A stretch of DNA of 60,338 bases, filler included, from an uncultured bacterium (lineage in GTDB: Bacteria; Auribacterota; CAZIXI01): assembly GCA_964543115.1 (NCBI GenBank). It is 3 parts of 3 records of this genome, joined end to end, with 100 filler letters (N's around TTAATTAATTAA, not from the genome) between each part and the next. Parts side by side here need not be neighbours in the genome. Positions count along the whole stretch, not along the records: positions 20,318 to 40,375 come from CAZIXI010000034.1; 2 more parts are not named here. The stretch is one strand, 5' to 3'. The first letter of the stretch is position 1; the number at the start of each line of letters is the position of its first letter. This document shows positions 20,320 through 30,900 of the stretch, piece after piece. Both the position numbers and the translations under genes were made by a program. The notes below the pieces were generated by a model, which saw only the letters and a list, made by a program, of their open reading frames with translations, ran no database searches and was not told the DNA's origin.

Positions 20320-23300
20320 TTTTCTCGGGAAGAGTTCTGGCAGATAATCAGAATTATGCGTACACCGGAAAGACAGTTAACGGCGGAACAAAAACGCGCC
20401 CGGATAAGCGTGGTTATGAGGAGCAAAGAAGCAGCGCTGGAACAGTTACAGGGGCGGTTGGATAGAGAATATGCCAGTTTAACTAAAGATACGGTCACGG
20501 TTCCGGAAATTGATACTGAGCATTACCGCCAGGCGGGGGCCCGGGGTGCCGCCCTGCTGCGATTAGGGCTGGTTACTTATGTGATTCTTGTTGGCGGCCG
20601 GGGCAGCCGGTTTGGCGCGGTAGAGGTAAAGAATGCCGTACCTAAATTAACATTGAAAGGGCAGTATATCAGTTTCATGGATGTCTGGCTGCAGCAATTT
20701 GCCGCCCTTGGGCGGTATAATTATGATCCGCGGGTGATTGCCTCAGTGAGCGGCACCGCGGCCCAGGCGGTTATCGCGGTGCTTGACCGGCACCGGGAGC
20801 TGGTTGATAAATTGGGCATCCGGGTAGGGTTACAGCGTTCAACGCCGGCTGTGAAACCCACCGAACAAGAGATTAATGAGCATTACGCCAGCCAGCAGGA
20901 GTTGCCTCCGCTGGAAGAGGCACAGAGGCAGAAGGAGAAGGAACGTCAGCAGGGTACCCATCCAACGGTGGCCGGTGAAGAGATCAGCCTGGTTTCCAGC
21001 AGCGAAGCTGAGCGACAGGAATATGAATCGGTTGGTTTTTACCAGGATACGGAAAGCCCGTTAGGATCCGCGGAGGCCTATATTGATTTGTTCTTGACCA
21101 GGGCGGTTTCTCCCGGAGAAGAAACTGTTACCGTCACGGGGTTGACCCTGCCGGAGTTTCGCACCGTTGCCGGTTTGCAGAGGAATGGTTATATCCTGCG
21201 GCCGGAGTTTGAATTGGAACTAATGGCAATGGCTGTCCAGCAGCGGACAACGGAGAGGAACAAAAAGCGCACCGCGGAAGAAATTAGTCAACTTATCCGG
21301 GGCAGAAGGGTGGTTGATTTTCTGGAGGATTTTGGTGTTTATTTTAATGTTGAGATGATAGAAGAAATATTGAAGAAGAAGATAAGCGGGCAGGAAAAGG
21401 AAATTGAATTAAAAAGATATATTTTCAATTTACTGGGCGATTGTGGTGTGGCTGAGGAGCAGATAGATGAAATTATCCTTGAGATTGATGAACAGGAAGG
21501 GATTTTTACCTGTGATTTAGAGAATATTATTATGGCCTATGAGATAGATCCGGAGCATGACCGGGCCCGGCGGCAGGCGGATATCTATCGGCTTACCGGT
21601 GTTCCTTCCCACCGGCTAGATACGGAACAATCTTTACGGGCAGAGGGATATATTCTCGCTGAAGAGGACCTGGCCCTGGTGCCGGCGGCGGAAAGAGAAA
21701 GAGGTCTGCCGGAGGCCAAGGTGCTTTACTTAATTAAGGGAAGAAAGGCGGCGGCTCTACTGCGTGAGTGCGGCTTAGAGCTCGGGCAGGAGGTGATTGA
21801 GCAAATCCTGGCCTGGGGGCAGCAGGGGGAAAAGATTAAGTTAACGATTGCCGATAAGATAGAAGAAGTAGTTGAGGTTTACCTGCGGCAGGCGGGGCTT
21901 GATCCGGCTTTTTTGAATATAAAGGTGAATTTGCGCCGGCAGGATGGTGGTTACAGTTGTCGTGTAGAAGAAGATATTGATCTGGAGTTTAACTGCCAGC
22001 CGGCTATTTGTATTCCCAATGGTAGTAATATGACGGCCTTTAATGAAGTGACGCTGGGCCGGGTGGCGGAAGTTTTTGCCGCTAACCCGGAAATGGTATC
22101 GCTGGTGGGAATATTGCCCGCCTTAAGCAGTTCTCCGGGTGGAGTGGCCATGCATGATAGGGAACTGAATCAGTTGGGTGCCTATGAGGGACGCGAGGTG
22201 TTGGGGGAAGAGGAATTTTTGCTGGATAAAAAGTATTTTACTACCGGTACCGTTTATATTAATCCGCGACAGTGCTGGCGGGTATTTGGTTTTCAGAGCG
22301 CGGAAGATTTCCTCCGCTCAACTGAGCAAGAGAGGATCGGCCTGATTGATCAGACCAGGCTGGAAGATGTGCCGCTGGTGGTGGCGATAAAGAAACAGCA
22401 GGAGGTAACACCGTCGGGTGATTATGAGATGTTAAGGATTCAGATGGAAACGCCGATAACCGTGCTGTTTACCAGGAACCCGCATCTCCGGGGAAGGGTA
22501 AAGTTCATTGAATGTGAACGTTTAGGGGTGCAGGGGGAATTTTCTGATCCGAAAACGTTACTGGGAATGGGCGATTGTCTGGGCCGGGCAGTAGAGGCGG
22601 AATTAAAGATACCTTTTCATACTCCGTTGCCCGTGGAGGATAAGGATGTTCCGGCACCAACCCAGGCCGAGGCGCGGCGGCGAGTGGAATTGGCAGAATT
22701 GACTGCTGGCAGTAAGGACAGTGAATTATATCTGCGGGTTAAAGAAATAATAGAAAGAGACAGTAGTAATGTTGCCGGGGCCTGTAAGCAGGCCCTGCCG
22801 CTAGTGGAGGATGTATATCAACAGCTGTTTAAGAAGAGAATAGATAAGTTTAACCTGCCCCGGGAGGATTTAATCAGTTATTTGGAAAAGATTTCAGAGT
22901 TACTAACGGTACTGGAATTACTGCTTGAACATGATCCGATCGATGAATCCGGTCGGAGAGATTCACTGCTTTATATGAAAAAAGAAGCAGAGGCGCTGTC
23001 TGAACGGATAACGCAGTCTATACTTCGGCGGGAAAAAATAGAGGTAAACTGGCAATTACTGCCCCAATCGGTTTTTGCCGTTCCGGATAAGGACCGGACA
23101 ATGACTGAAGCGGGTCAGCCCTATTCAGAGTGGCAGGCGGACAAAATTGCCCGGCATTTGCTTGCCGGGATGGATATGCGCATTCTCACCGGTGCGGTTA
23201 CCGCGGATATTATCCGGACGGGTTTTGAACCGATCCTGCGGGCCCTGATGCGGATGGATATTCCGGCGGTGGCCAGGTGGACGGCGGTACAGCGATTGTG

Positions 23301-24714
23301 TGCCTATCCGGAGGACGGCGGCACGGTGGTTAATGTACGGCTTAAACCGGAGGAACAGCGGCGGCGTATTCTGCAACGCTATGATCAATTGATAAGTCCT
23401 CTTTATGAAACGGAACAGGAGATAATGGCCTGGATAGGAGAGGTAGAATCCGGCCAGGTGATTAGTCTGCGGCAAATGCGGCAGAACATTGATGCGTTAA
23501 AAACCATGTTTTACCGCGCGGATATTCATTTGATGGATGAGGAACTGCGCCGGCTGGATAGTATACAGACGCGGACGGATTACCGGCAGGCGTTGTTGTT
23601 ATGCCGTTACCACTTGCGGATAAAGATAGAGGAACTGGAGTTGGCTGAGGATTATCAGTTGGGGATCTATGATCCCTTGCCCTGTGTGTATTTCGACAGC
23701 CGCAGAGCCGGAACAGAAGCGAATCCCCAGCGGCCGATTGAGCCGTTTAGCCAGACGGAACGTTATCTTATGTGGAACATTGTAATTAAGGCCTATCTGG
23801 TTTCCTTATTTGAAACTGAGCCGGTAAAAAATATTTTTGCTGACGATCCACAGCTGATTAAAGAACTACAAGAGCAGATTGAACGCAATCTGGAAATACG
23901 TTCCGGAGATATTTTGCATTTTTCCGCGGTGGTCGGCGGGATTATTGTTACCCTGGATGAGATTCTGGAACGGATGCTAAAGAATTATGAGCGGGCCCGG
24001 CCGGATGATAAATGGGAATTTTATTTAAATAAATTCCAGGAATTGCGGGAAAAGGCCCGGCCGGCATTACAGCTGGTAAGGATGAAAGACAGTCAGAATA
24101 ATTTCTTTTCGATTTCCTGTGATGAATTAACCGTGGCCGCGGAATTCCGCAATGATTTGGATCGCTGGCACAAGGCGTTAATCGGCAATGAGAAGTTTTT
24201 TAAGATAAGGATAACGGAAATAATCAAAGAGCGGGTGGCAGAGCAAAGAGGTGATGGCACATTGCGTAAACGGAAGTTTGGGGTGGATATGTTTGAGCGG
24301 GCCGGGAACGGCTACATCAATATTACACTAAATAATAAGTCCAGCCTGATCAGTATGCTCAAACACGATTTCTATACCCGGGGCGGTGTCATCTTAACAA
24401 TTGGTGATTCCAAAAGCGATGTTGGTGATATTGAAGAGCAAACCGATAATGTGCTTAATCTGGCTGTTTTTCTTAGTGATCCCTGGCGGCGTTATCTTTC
24501 GCAGTCGGAATGGCTGACTTTCAAAAAGGCCGGTGTGCTTCAATATATATATGTTGGGCAGTACGACCAGGTAACCGGAGAAACAATGGAGCGCGGTCAA
24601 TTGGCCTTTTATCCGTCAATTGATGCCTTGATGGAGGTTGCGGGGGAAAATGAGCCGCTAACAGGGCCGGAAGATTTGCGCCAGGCGGTTCTGGCTGAAT
24701 CCAAAGATGCCTAA
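20320..24714 (+). CDS. 5'-truncated large protein with a split UDP-sugar pyrophosphorylase (UGPase/UAP-like) domain and a C-terminal HAD-like segment
   Basis: Frame is open back to the gap (FSREEFWQIIRIM..). Motifs ILVGGRGSRFG..PK, PLGSAEAY, PNGSNM, PGGVA, FTTGTVYINP, IQMETP, FSDPKT; NKSSLI..TIGDSKSD resembles HAD motif III/IV. Confidence 0.7.
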   Translation, partial: FSREEFWQIIRIMRTPERQLTAEQKRARISVVMRSKEAALEQLQGRLDREYASLTKDTVTVPEIDTEHYRQAGARGAALLRLGLVTYVILVGGRGSRFGAVEVKNAVPKLTLKGQYISFMDVWLQQFAALGRYNYDPRVIASVSGTAAQAVIAVLDRHRELVDKLGIRVGLQRSTPAVKPTEQEINEHYASQQELPPLEEAQRQKEKERQQGTHPTVAGEEISLVSSSEAERQEYESVGFYQDTESPLGSAEAYIDLFLTRAVSPGEETVTVTGLTLPEFRTVAGLQRNGYILRPEFELELMAMAVQQRTTERNKKRTAEEISQLIRGRRVVDFLEDFGVYFNVEMIEEILKKKISGQEKEIELKRYIFNLLGDCGVAEEQIDEIILEIDEQEGIFTCDLENIIMAYEIDPEHDRARRQADIYRLTGVPSHRLDTEQSLRAEGYILAEEDLALVPAAERERGLPEAKVLYLIKGRKAAALLRECGLELGQEVIEQILAWGQQGEKIKLTIADKIEEVVEVYLRQAGLDPAFLNIKVNLRRQDGGYSCRVEEDIDLEFNCQPAICIPNGSNMTAFNEVTLGRVAEVFAANPEMVSLVGILPALSSSPGGVAMHDRELNQLGAYEGREVLGEEEFLLDKKYFTTGTVYINPRQCWRVFGFQSAEDFLRSTEQERIGLIDQTRLEDVPLVVAIKKQQEVTPSGDYEMLRIQMETPITVLFTRNPHLRGRVKFIECERLGVQGEFSDPKTLLGMGDCLGRAVEAELKIPFHTPLPVEDKDVPAPTQAEARRRVELAELTAGSKDSELYLRVKEIIERDSSNVAGACKQALPLVEDVYQQLFKKRIDKFNLPREDLISYLEKISELLTVLELLLEHDPIDESGRRDSLLYMKKEAEALSERITQSILRREKIEVNWQLLPQSVFAVPDKDRTMTEAGQPYSEWQADKIARHLLAGMDMRILTGAVTADIIRTGFEPILRALMRMDIPAVARWTAVQRLCAYPEDGGTVVNVRLKPEEQRRRILQRYDQLISPLYETEQEIMAWIGEVESGQVISLRQMRQNIDALKTMFYRADIHLMDEELRRLDSIQTRTDYRQALLLCRYHLRIKIEELELAEDYQLGIYDPLPCVYFDSRRAGTEANPQRPIEPFSQTERYLMWNIVIKAYLVSLFETEPVKNIFADDPQLIKELQEQIERNLEIRSGDILHFSAVVGGIIVTLDEILERMLKNYERARPDDKWEFYLNKFQELREKARPALQLVRMKDSQNNFFSISCDELTVAAEFRNDLDRWHKALIGNEKFFKIRITEIIKERVAEQRGDGTLRKRKFGVDMFERAGNGYINITLNNKSSLISMLKHDFYTRGGVILTIGDSKSDVGDIEEQTDNVLNLAVFLSDPWRRYLSQSEWLTFKKAGVLQYIYVGQYDQVTGETMERGQLAFYPSIDALMEVAGENEPLTGPEDLRQAVLAESKDA

Positions 24715-24876
24715 TGGTTACCGGGCGGTAACGCCGTTTGCCGGGCGGATATTGGAACTGGCCGTCGAACCGCTCACTGCCGATCCGGAGACAGTGCGTC
24801 CGTTAAGAATACCTGATCACCGCCAGCAGGAAAGTGCAACGAGCAGTGCAGTGTAATTTTAGTACGATTAAATCTA

Positions 24877-24942
24877 AACGCAGAGGTCGCAGAGGTCGCA
24901 GAGAATTACGGTGTAAGGTAAAATTCTGCGATCTCTGCGGTT
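24877..24942. repeat. CGCAGAG-type imperfect inverted repeat (hairpin, probable terminator)
   Basis: AACGCAGAGGTCGCAGAGGTCGCAGAGAATT ... AATTCTGCGATCTCTGCGGTT, with 9-bp periodic units. Confidence 0.75.
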
Positions 24943-24975
24943 AAATTTAAAAACAATTTATTTAAATAGGGTCTG

Positions 24976-27900
24976 ATGAAAAGAGAAAAACGGTGTTTTT
25001 GCTTAATTAATCTGATAATTATTTTTGTTTTATTTTTTCCGCCTTGTCTGTGTGCGGGAATGTCCACTGACACCCTGGCCTCCAGAAGTGAGTTGACGCA
25101 GCCGGACTTGATAGTACATTCACTGATCTTAGAATCCCTCTATGAGCAACTTAAGGAGGAAGGACGCAGCTTGACGGTGGAATAGGTCCTGGAGGAATAC
25201 GAGATTACAGAAGACCAGGCCCGGGCCCTGCTTGATTGGTTGGCAGCGGTCCAGCGGGAGGTGGAACCGGCGGGCCGGTTTAAGGGAATAGAAAAAGTGG
25301 TTATTGAAGGTGCTGCCGTTTATCGCTGGCTTGATCCGGCAATGATAAATCCGCATATTTTCCGGGATTATGATTACCGGGCGAGCAGACAGGGTGAACT
25401 GGATTTTTCGCCCAAACGGGCATTTTTTCTGGCCCTGACCTGGGTTTCGCTGGCCCGGGAGCGGCAGCAGGAGTTGGGACTGGCCAATGAAAATGTTGTT
25501 ATTGCCCGGGACTGCCGTAAGGCCGATCCGGAAGTATTTGAGGCGATAATTAAGGCAGTGGAATATTCCGGTCTGCAGGCAGTGTATGTGGGCACTGAAC
25601 CCAATTGCGCGGCTACCTATGGTTGGGCAACGCGGCTCTACCAGCCGCTAATGGGAATTTTTATGACGGCCAGCCACATTAAAGCGGAAAACGCCATGGG
25701 CGCCAAGGTATCTATTCTTGCTGATTCCGGGGAGCTGGAGAGTCTGACCACCCGGGAGATAAAAGAGGTCAGCCGCCGGCGGCTGGACCGGCTTTTGCGT
25801 GATCCCGGTCGCCTGGGTTATCTACATGGAGGATACAAGCCGAGAATGACGGGTAATGTGGATGACTCCTATGTAAAGATGGCCACGGTGGCAGGATTGG
25901 TGGCCGCCGGTTGTTTTAGGGATGGAGTTGAGCAAAAACCAACACTGGCTGATCTGGCAGTTTCCCTGGAAGAGGCGGAAAATGTCCTGGATGTGCTGGA
26001 TTATTATTTAACTCTGCTGGATACAGAGGCAAAGCCCTTGGCTGGAATAAAAATCGCTATTGAGGCCAGTCATACGCCCAGTGGACGGCTGGCCGCCGCT
26101 GTCTATCAATCCCTGGGCGCGTGGGTTATCTTGCTTAACGGCGATATCCGCGAATTGACCGGCAACCATAAAGCCGATCCGGGAATTGTGAAGAACCTTG
26201 ACGGTTTAATGAATTGTATGGAAAAAGAAGAAGTTGATTTTGGCCTGGCCTTTGATCTTGACGGCGACCGGGGGGCGATTGTTATTCCCACTATTGCCAG
26301 AAATAATGTTACGCTCAGGAATTTTGCCGTTCTTTCCTCAGATAATCTGATGACTTCCCTACTGTCATTTTTTGCTAATCAGGGATATCAGGGTGAGGTA
26401 GCTGTAGTCAAGGATGTGATGGCCACTAAGGGCGTGGACGTGAAGGCGCGGGAACTGGGTTATCGGTTGGAACAGACTGATACCGGTTATGTTTTTGTGA
26501 AGAGAAAGGTCCGGGAACTGAAAGCGGCGGGTTACGCGGTGCCGATCTCCGGTGAGCGTTCCGGGCATATCTGGACGCAGGTCACCGGCAGTTTTGAGGA
26601 TCCGCTGGTTGTTTCACTGTTTTTCGCCCTGCAGGGTGCGGCTTATGAACAGGAACACCGGATAATTACGCATTACTGGCAGCAGATGTACCGGGAAAAT
26701 ACGGTTGCCTATAAACAATCGTTCCGGCTGGAACCTTCGTTTGCCAGGCCGTTATTGAAAGAGTTGGCCGCCAGCCCGGAAAACAAAACTGGTTGGGTAT
26801 GCGACGCGTCTAAACCACCGCCGCCGGTAATCGCGCTCGGCCAGCATAAGATGATCCAGAGACTGCGGTTAGATTTTCCTGTTGGTAGAAAGATAGCTAC
26901 CCCGGCCGGGGAATTGCGGGTTAGTGAGTTTAATAGCGAGTTTGATTCGCAGGCGCGAATTTATCGTTTCGCCGATATTCACTTTACCCTCAACGGTAGT
27001 GATGCCGGCTCCTTTGTTTTTCGCGCCTCTTCCACTAGACCGGTCTGGAGCTGTACTTTTGAAACGCCGCTTTGGGAAGGTGAGAATTACCGTTCGGAAA
27101 GCGCCCAGCTTCGCTATGATTCTGTTGGCGGTTGTCTGCTGGACTATTTGGAGCGAAACGACATTGCTAGGATTAGCGGGCCCGGATTTAACTACAGCAA
27201 TAAGGCGATTGCCGAAGGGGTAATAGCCAGGTACAGGAAGGGCAAGGGGATCAATCCGACAATTTTCCCGCAGGAGCTTATTGATCTCTATCGGGGAATG
27301 CGGGTTAATAAATGCGTCTATACTGTCAAAGAGGCGGCCCGGGAATATGAGCTTAAAGACGAAGAGGCGGAGGAATTGCTGGATTGGCTGGCTGATTTGG
27401 AGCGGGAACAGGAAGTGGATAATAAGTTTAAGGGAATTGAAAAGGTAACCATTGCTGGGGAAACAGTCTATCGCTGGCTGCGCCCGGAATTAATTAATAA
27501 GGATATTTTTCGCGATTATGATTATCGTTCTCTTACCAGAGGCAGTATTGATTTTTCTCCCAAACGCCTATTTTTCCTGACCTTAGCCTGGATATCGCTG
27601 GCCCAGGATAAATCCCGGCATTTGCTAACGAACAATAACAAAGTAGTGATTGCCCGTGATTGCCGCCGGATTTCACCGGTATTGGCGGAGGCGGTAATCA
27701 GAGCGGTTGAATACTCCGGTCTGCAGGCGGTGTATGTTGCGGACAAACAGTATAATTGTGCGGCCTCTTATGCCTGGGCAGTGCGCAAGCACGCGCCCTT
27801 GATGGGGATTTTCCTCACGGCCAGCCATGTTCAGGGTGATGATGTAATGGGTGTCAAGGTGGCCATTAGGGGTGCGGCCGGAGAACTGGAAAGCCTGACC

Positions 27901-30900
27901 GTGATGGAGATAAGAGAGAATAGTTATAAGCGCCTGATTAGTATTCTGGAAGACGATAATCGCTGGGGTCTCCTCCAGGAAGAGCCCTGGCCGCGAAGGG
28001 TGGATGATGTTGAGCTTACTTACAGGCAGATGGCTAAGATCATTGTGCTTGTTGCCGCCGGTGCTTTCCGGGAGAATATTGAGGAGATTCCCACTCTTTG
28101 TGATTTAGATGATGATCTGGAGTCGGCCGGTGAGAATGTCCTGGAGGTTATGGATACTTATAAAGTAATGCTGGATGAAGAAGCGGAACCGTTAAAGGGG
28201 CTGCGGGTGGTTATTGAGGGTAGTCATACGCCCAGCGGGCGGCTGGCCGCCGCTGTCTACGAGGCATTGGGGGCGGAGGTGATCCTCTTGCACGGAGAAG
28301 TACGGGAACTGAGCGGTAAGCATAAGGCCGATCCTTCGATTATGGAAAATCTTATTGATCTAATGGATAGTCTAGAAGAAAGCCAGGCCCACTTTGGTTT
28401 GGCCTTTGATCTTGCTGGCAGCCGGGGGGCGATAGTTGTGCCTGTGCCGGAGAAAGACGCGTTTACCGGGAGGAAGTGTAAGCTGTTGCCCTTGGATAGC
28501 CTGGTCCAGGGACCCAGAGCATTTGCTGAGGATCCGATAGTAATTTCATTGCTTTTTGTCTTGGCGGGTAAAGGTTATCTGAAAGATAATCCGCAGGCTA
28601 GGTATCGCGGCCGATTAAGCCTGGAAGCCGGGCTCGATATGGAAGAGGTTATTATCGGGGTTAAAGGTACTTTGGAATCAGCGTACAGCGGTCCTGCTGA
28701 TTTTGCGGATACGGTGTCCGGCTTTTGTGGAACTAAGCTGCCGGGACAACAGAAGACCAAGGCAGCTGCCGCGGAAATTGTCGCCGAGGCGGCGCGAAGG
28801 TGGGATGAGGAACGCGGGGGAGCCTTTGGCCTGGAGGATGTAATGGAGAGTGAAGAGGCGGCTGAATTAGTTGCCACGGTGTTTGGGAAGCAAGTTAGAG
28901 AAGCTGACATCCCAGTGATTAAGGAGTTCTTCGGACGGCATTATGAATATGTTAATAGCAGTGATCCGGATGTAGAGGTGTTTGTGGAAGGAACAGGTAT
29001 TGGCGGGCAGAGAAATGTGTCAGGAATGCTTTCAAGGTTATTAAAACCATTTAGAAAAATATCTGTATTGCTCTATAGTTCTTTTGGGGCGCCGTTTAAT
29101 CAAAGGGCAAATGAGATATTAGAAAAATTAGAAGCGAAACATAGGGAAATGTCTGGAGATGGAGAAGGAAGAATCGCTGCCCGATTGGATTTGCTTAAGC
29201 AAAGAAAAGAAAAAGTTAAATTGTTTTTGCGGGCGGCGTCCAAATCAGGAACTACTCCGGAGACCATGTTTGGTTTCCAACAACAGTTGAAGAAAGCGAT
29301 ACGTTTGTATTCTCAGTTTGTCTATGGCAGGGAAGATGGGAAATTGAGAGCGCTGAACATGATTCGTAAATTATACGGCAAAAACAATGTTTTAGTTGGA
29401 GGGGAGCCGATTGACAGGTTAACCGATGATGAAAGGATGATGTTAGCGATTGTTTTTGACCGGCTTATCTTGGCGACAGGAACTTTTGTTGAAGATGAAC
29501 AGGTAAGTGGCGGAGAGGGGCTAGCGAGAATAGGCGGGAGCAAATTTGATTATTTCGCCGCGAAAGTGAAAGAGAAGCTGAAAAAGGAGTTTAAGGCGCT
29601 TGGTATTGAACAGATTTCTAAGGTAACCCTTTATAACCGTTTTGGCAGGCGGACCCAGGTCCTGGGGCCGGATGCCTGGATTAATATTTTTGGGGCCTAT
29701 GGGCAGGGTGAGCCGGAAGTAATCGAAAATGTTATTGCTGCCGCCAGGGTGGTCGCGGAAAGAAATGCCCAGCAAGGTGAGCAGTCTTTATGGGGTAAAC
29801 AGGTAGCCGCTTTTGCCCGAGCCCAAGAAATTGAGTCGGTTTATTTTGGTCTGCCGACGGCACTTGAACAGAGCCTGGCCGATGGTTTGCAGCAGTTGAT
29901 AGGGGAGAGTATTGATATTGGGGCGCTAGTCGGTATTCCCTGTGGGATTAAGGCGATTGCCAAAACCACCAGAAAATTGGCAAACACCTCAGAATTCAAG
30001 CAAAAGGATGACGGGAAAAGGCTTTATATATTGGTTGAAGATGATCATCTGGATCAAGACACACGTGCCGCACAGGAAAAAATTATTGCTCGAGAAACCA
30101 AGAAGGGTAATCATGTTATTCGGGTCAAGATCAAGGACCATAGCCCGGAAGAGGTTGTTAGATTCTACTATGAAATGATGGGGTTTGTGGAATGGTATGG
30201 GAATTATCTGTTGGCGGATGTGCTGGCTAATCTAGATAAATTTCCTGATGTTGCAGAGTTTATGATAAAAAAATATCAGGTGGTCCCGGATGAAATAAAA
30301 AGTATAGATTTCGCCAGTGATGAAATCGCGGCTGTTTTAGGGGCCTTGTTTTCTAAGGAAATTGAAAAAGGAAAAAAAGATAAGAAGCCAGAGTGGATGA
30401 GTGAAGAGTTATATGCCGCTTTAACCCATCTTGTTAAGGATCTAAATCCATGGTATCAGCCGGGAGTGGAAGAAGGTAAAGCTGCTGGTAAGGTTGTAGC
30501 TGAGACCCTGTTTTCTAAGAAAAAAAGAATGGAAAAAGATCCAACGCAGGGAGGGGAGGAGGTTGAGGTTCCCGTCAGGGATAATGAACTGCGAAAAGCT
30601 TTTCATGCCGAACAAAAGGCGCGGTTAGTTGATAATAATGGTTCATATATAGCTGTGGGCGAGGCCTATCGTTATTCAAAGGGAGTAGATTTTTCCGGAG
30701 AAAAAATAGATCAAACTCGAACCACAGATATTTCAATTGAAACCGATAAACTTCTTAACGGACAGGTTGCCAGACTTATTAAGCAAATTGATACTTTAAG
30801 AAAACAGCAAAAGGAATTAGTTGGTGAAAGAAGAGCTGCTTTTGATGCCTTGGAAAAACAGATTGCGGAGAAAACAAATGAGTTAATTACGCTCGCCGCC

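Noticed and set aside
15383..24714. Treating giant 2 and giant 3 as one protein of over 3000 aa
   Set aside because: Plausible because both frames are open at the gap on the same strand, but true gap size and adjacency are unknown, so it cannot be supported.
25183..25185. TAG reassignment or pyrrolysine readthrough
   Set aside because: TAG is a normal terminator for several ribosomal genes here (rpsS, rplP, rpmC, rplX, rplE, rpmJ), no pyl genes are visible, and the aligned residue in the paralogous repeat is Glu.
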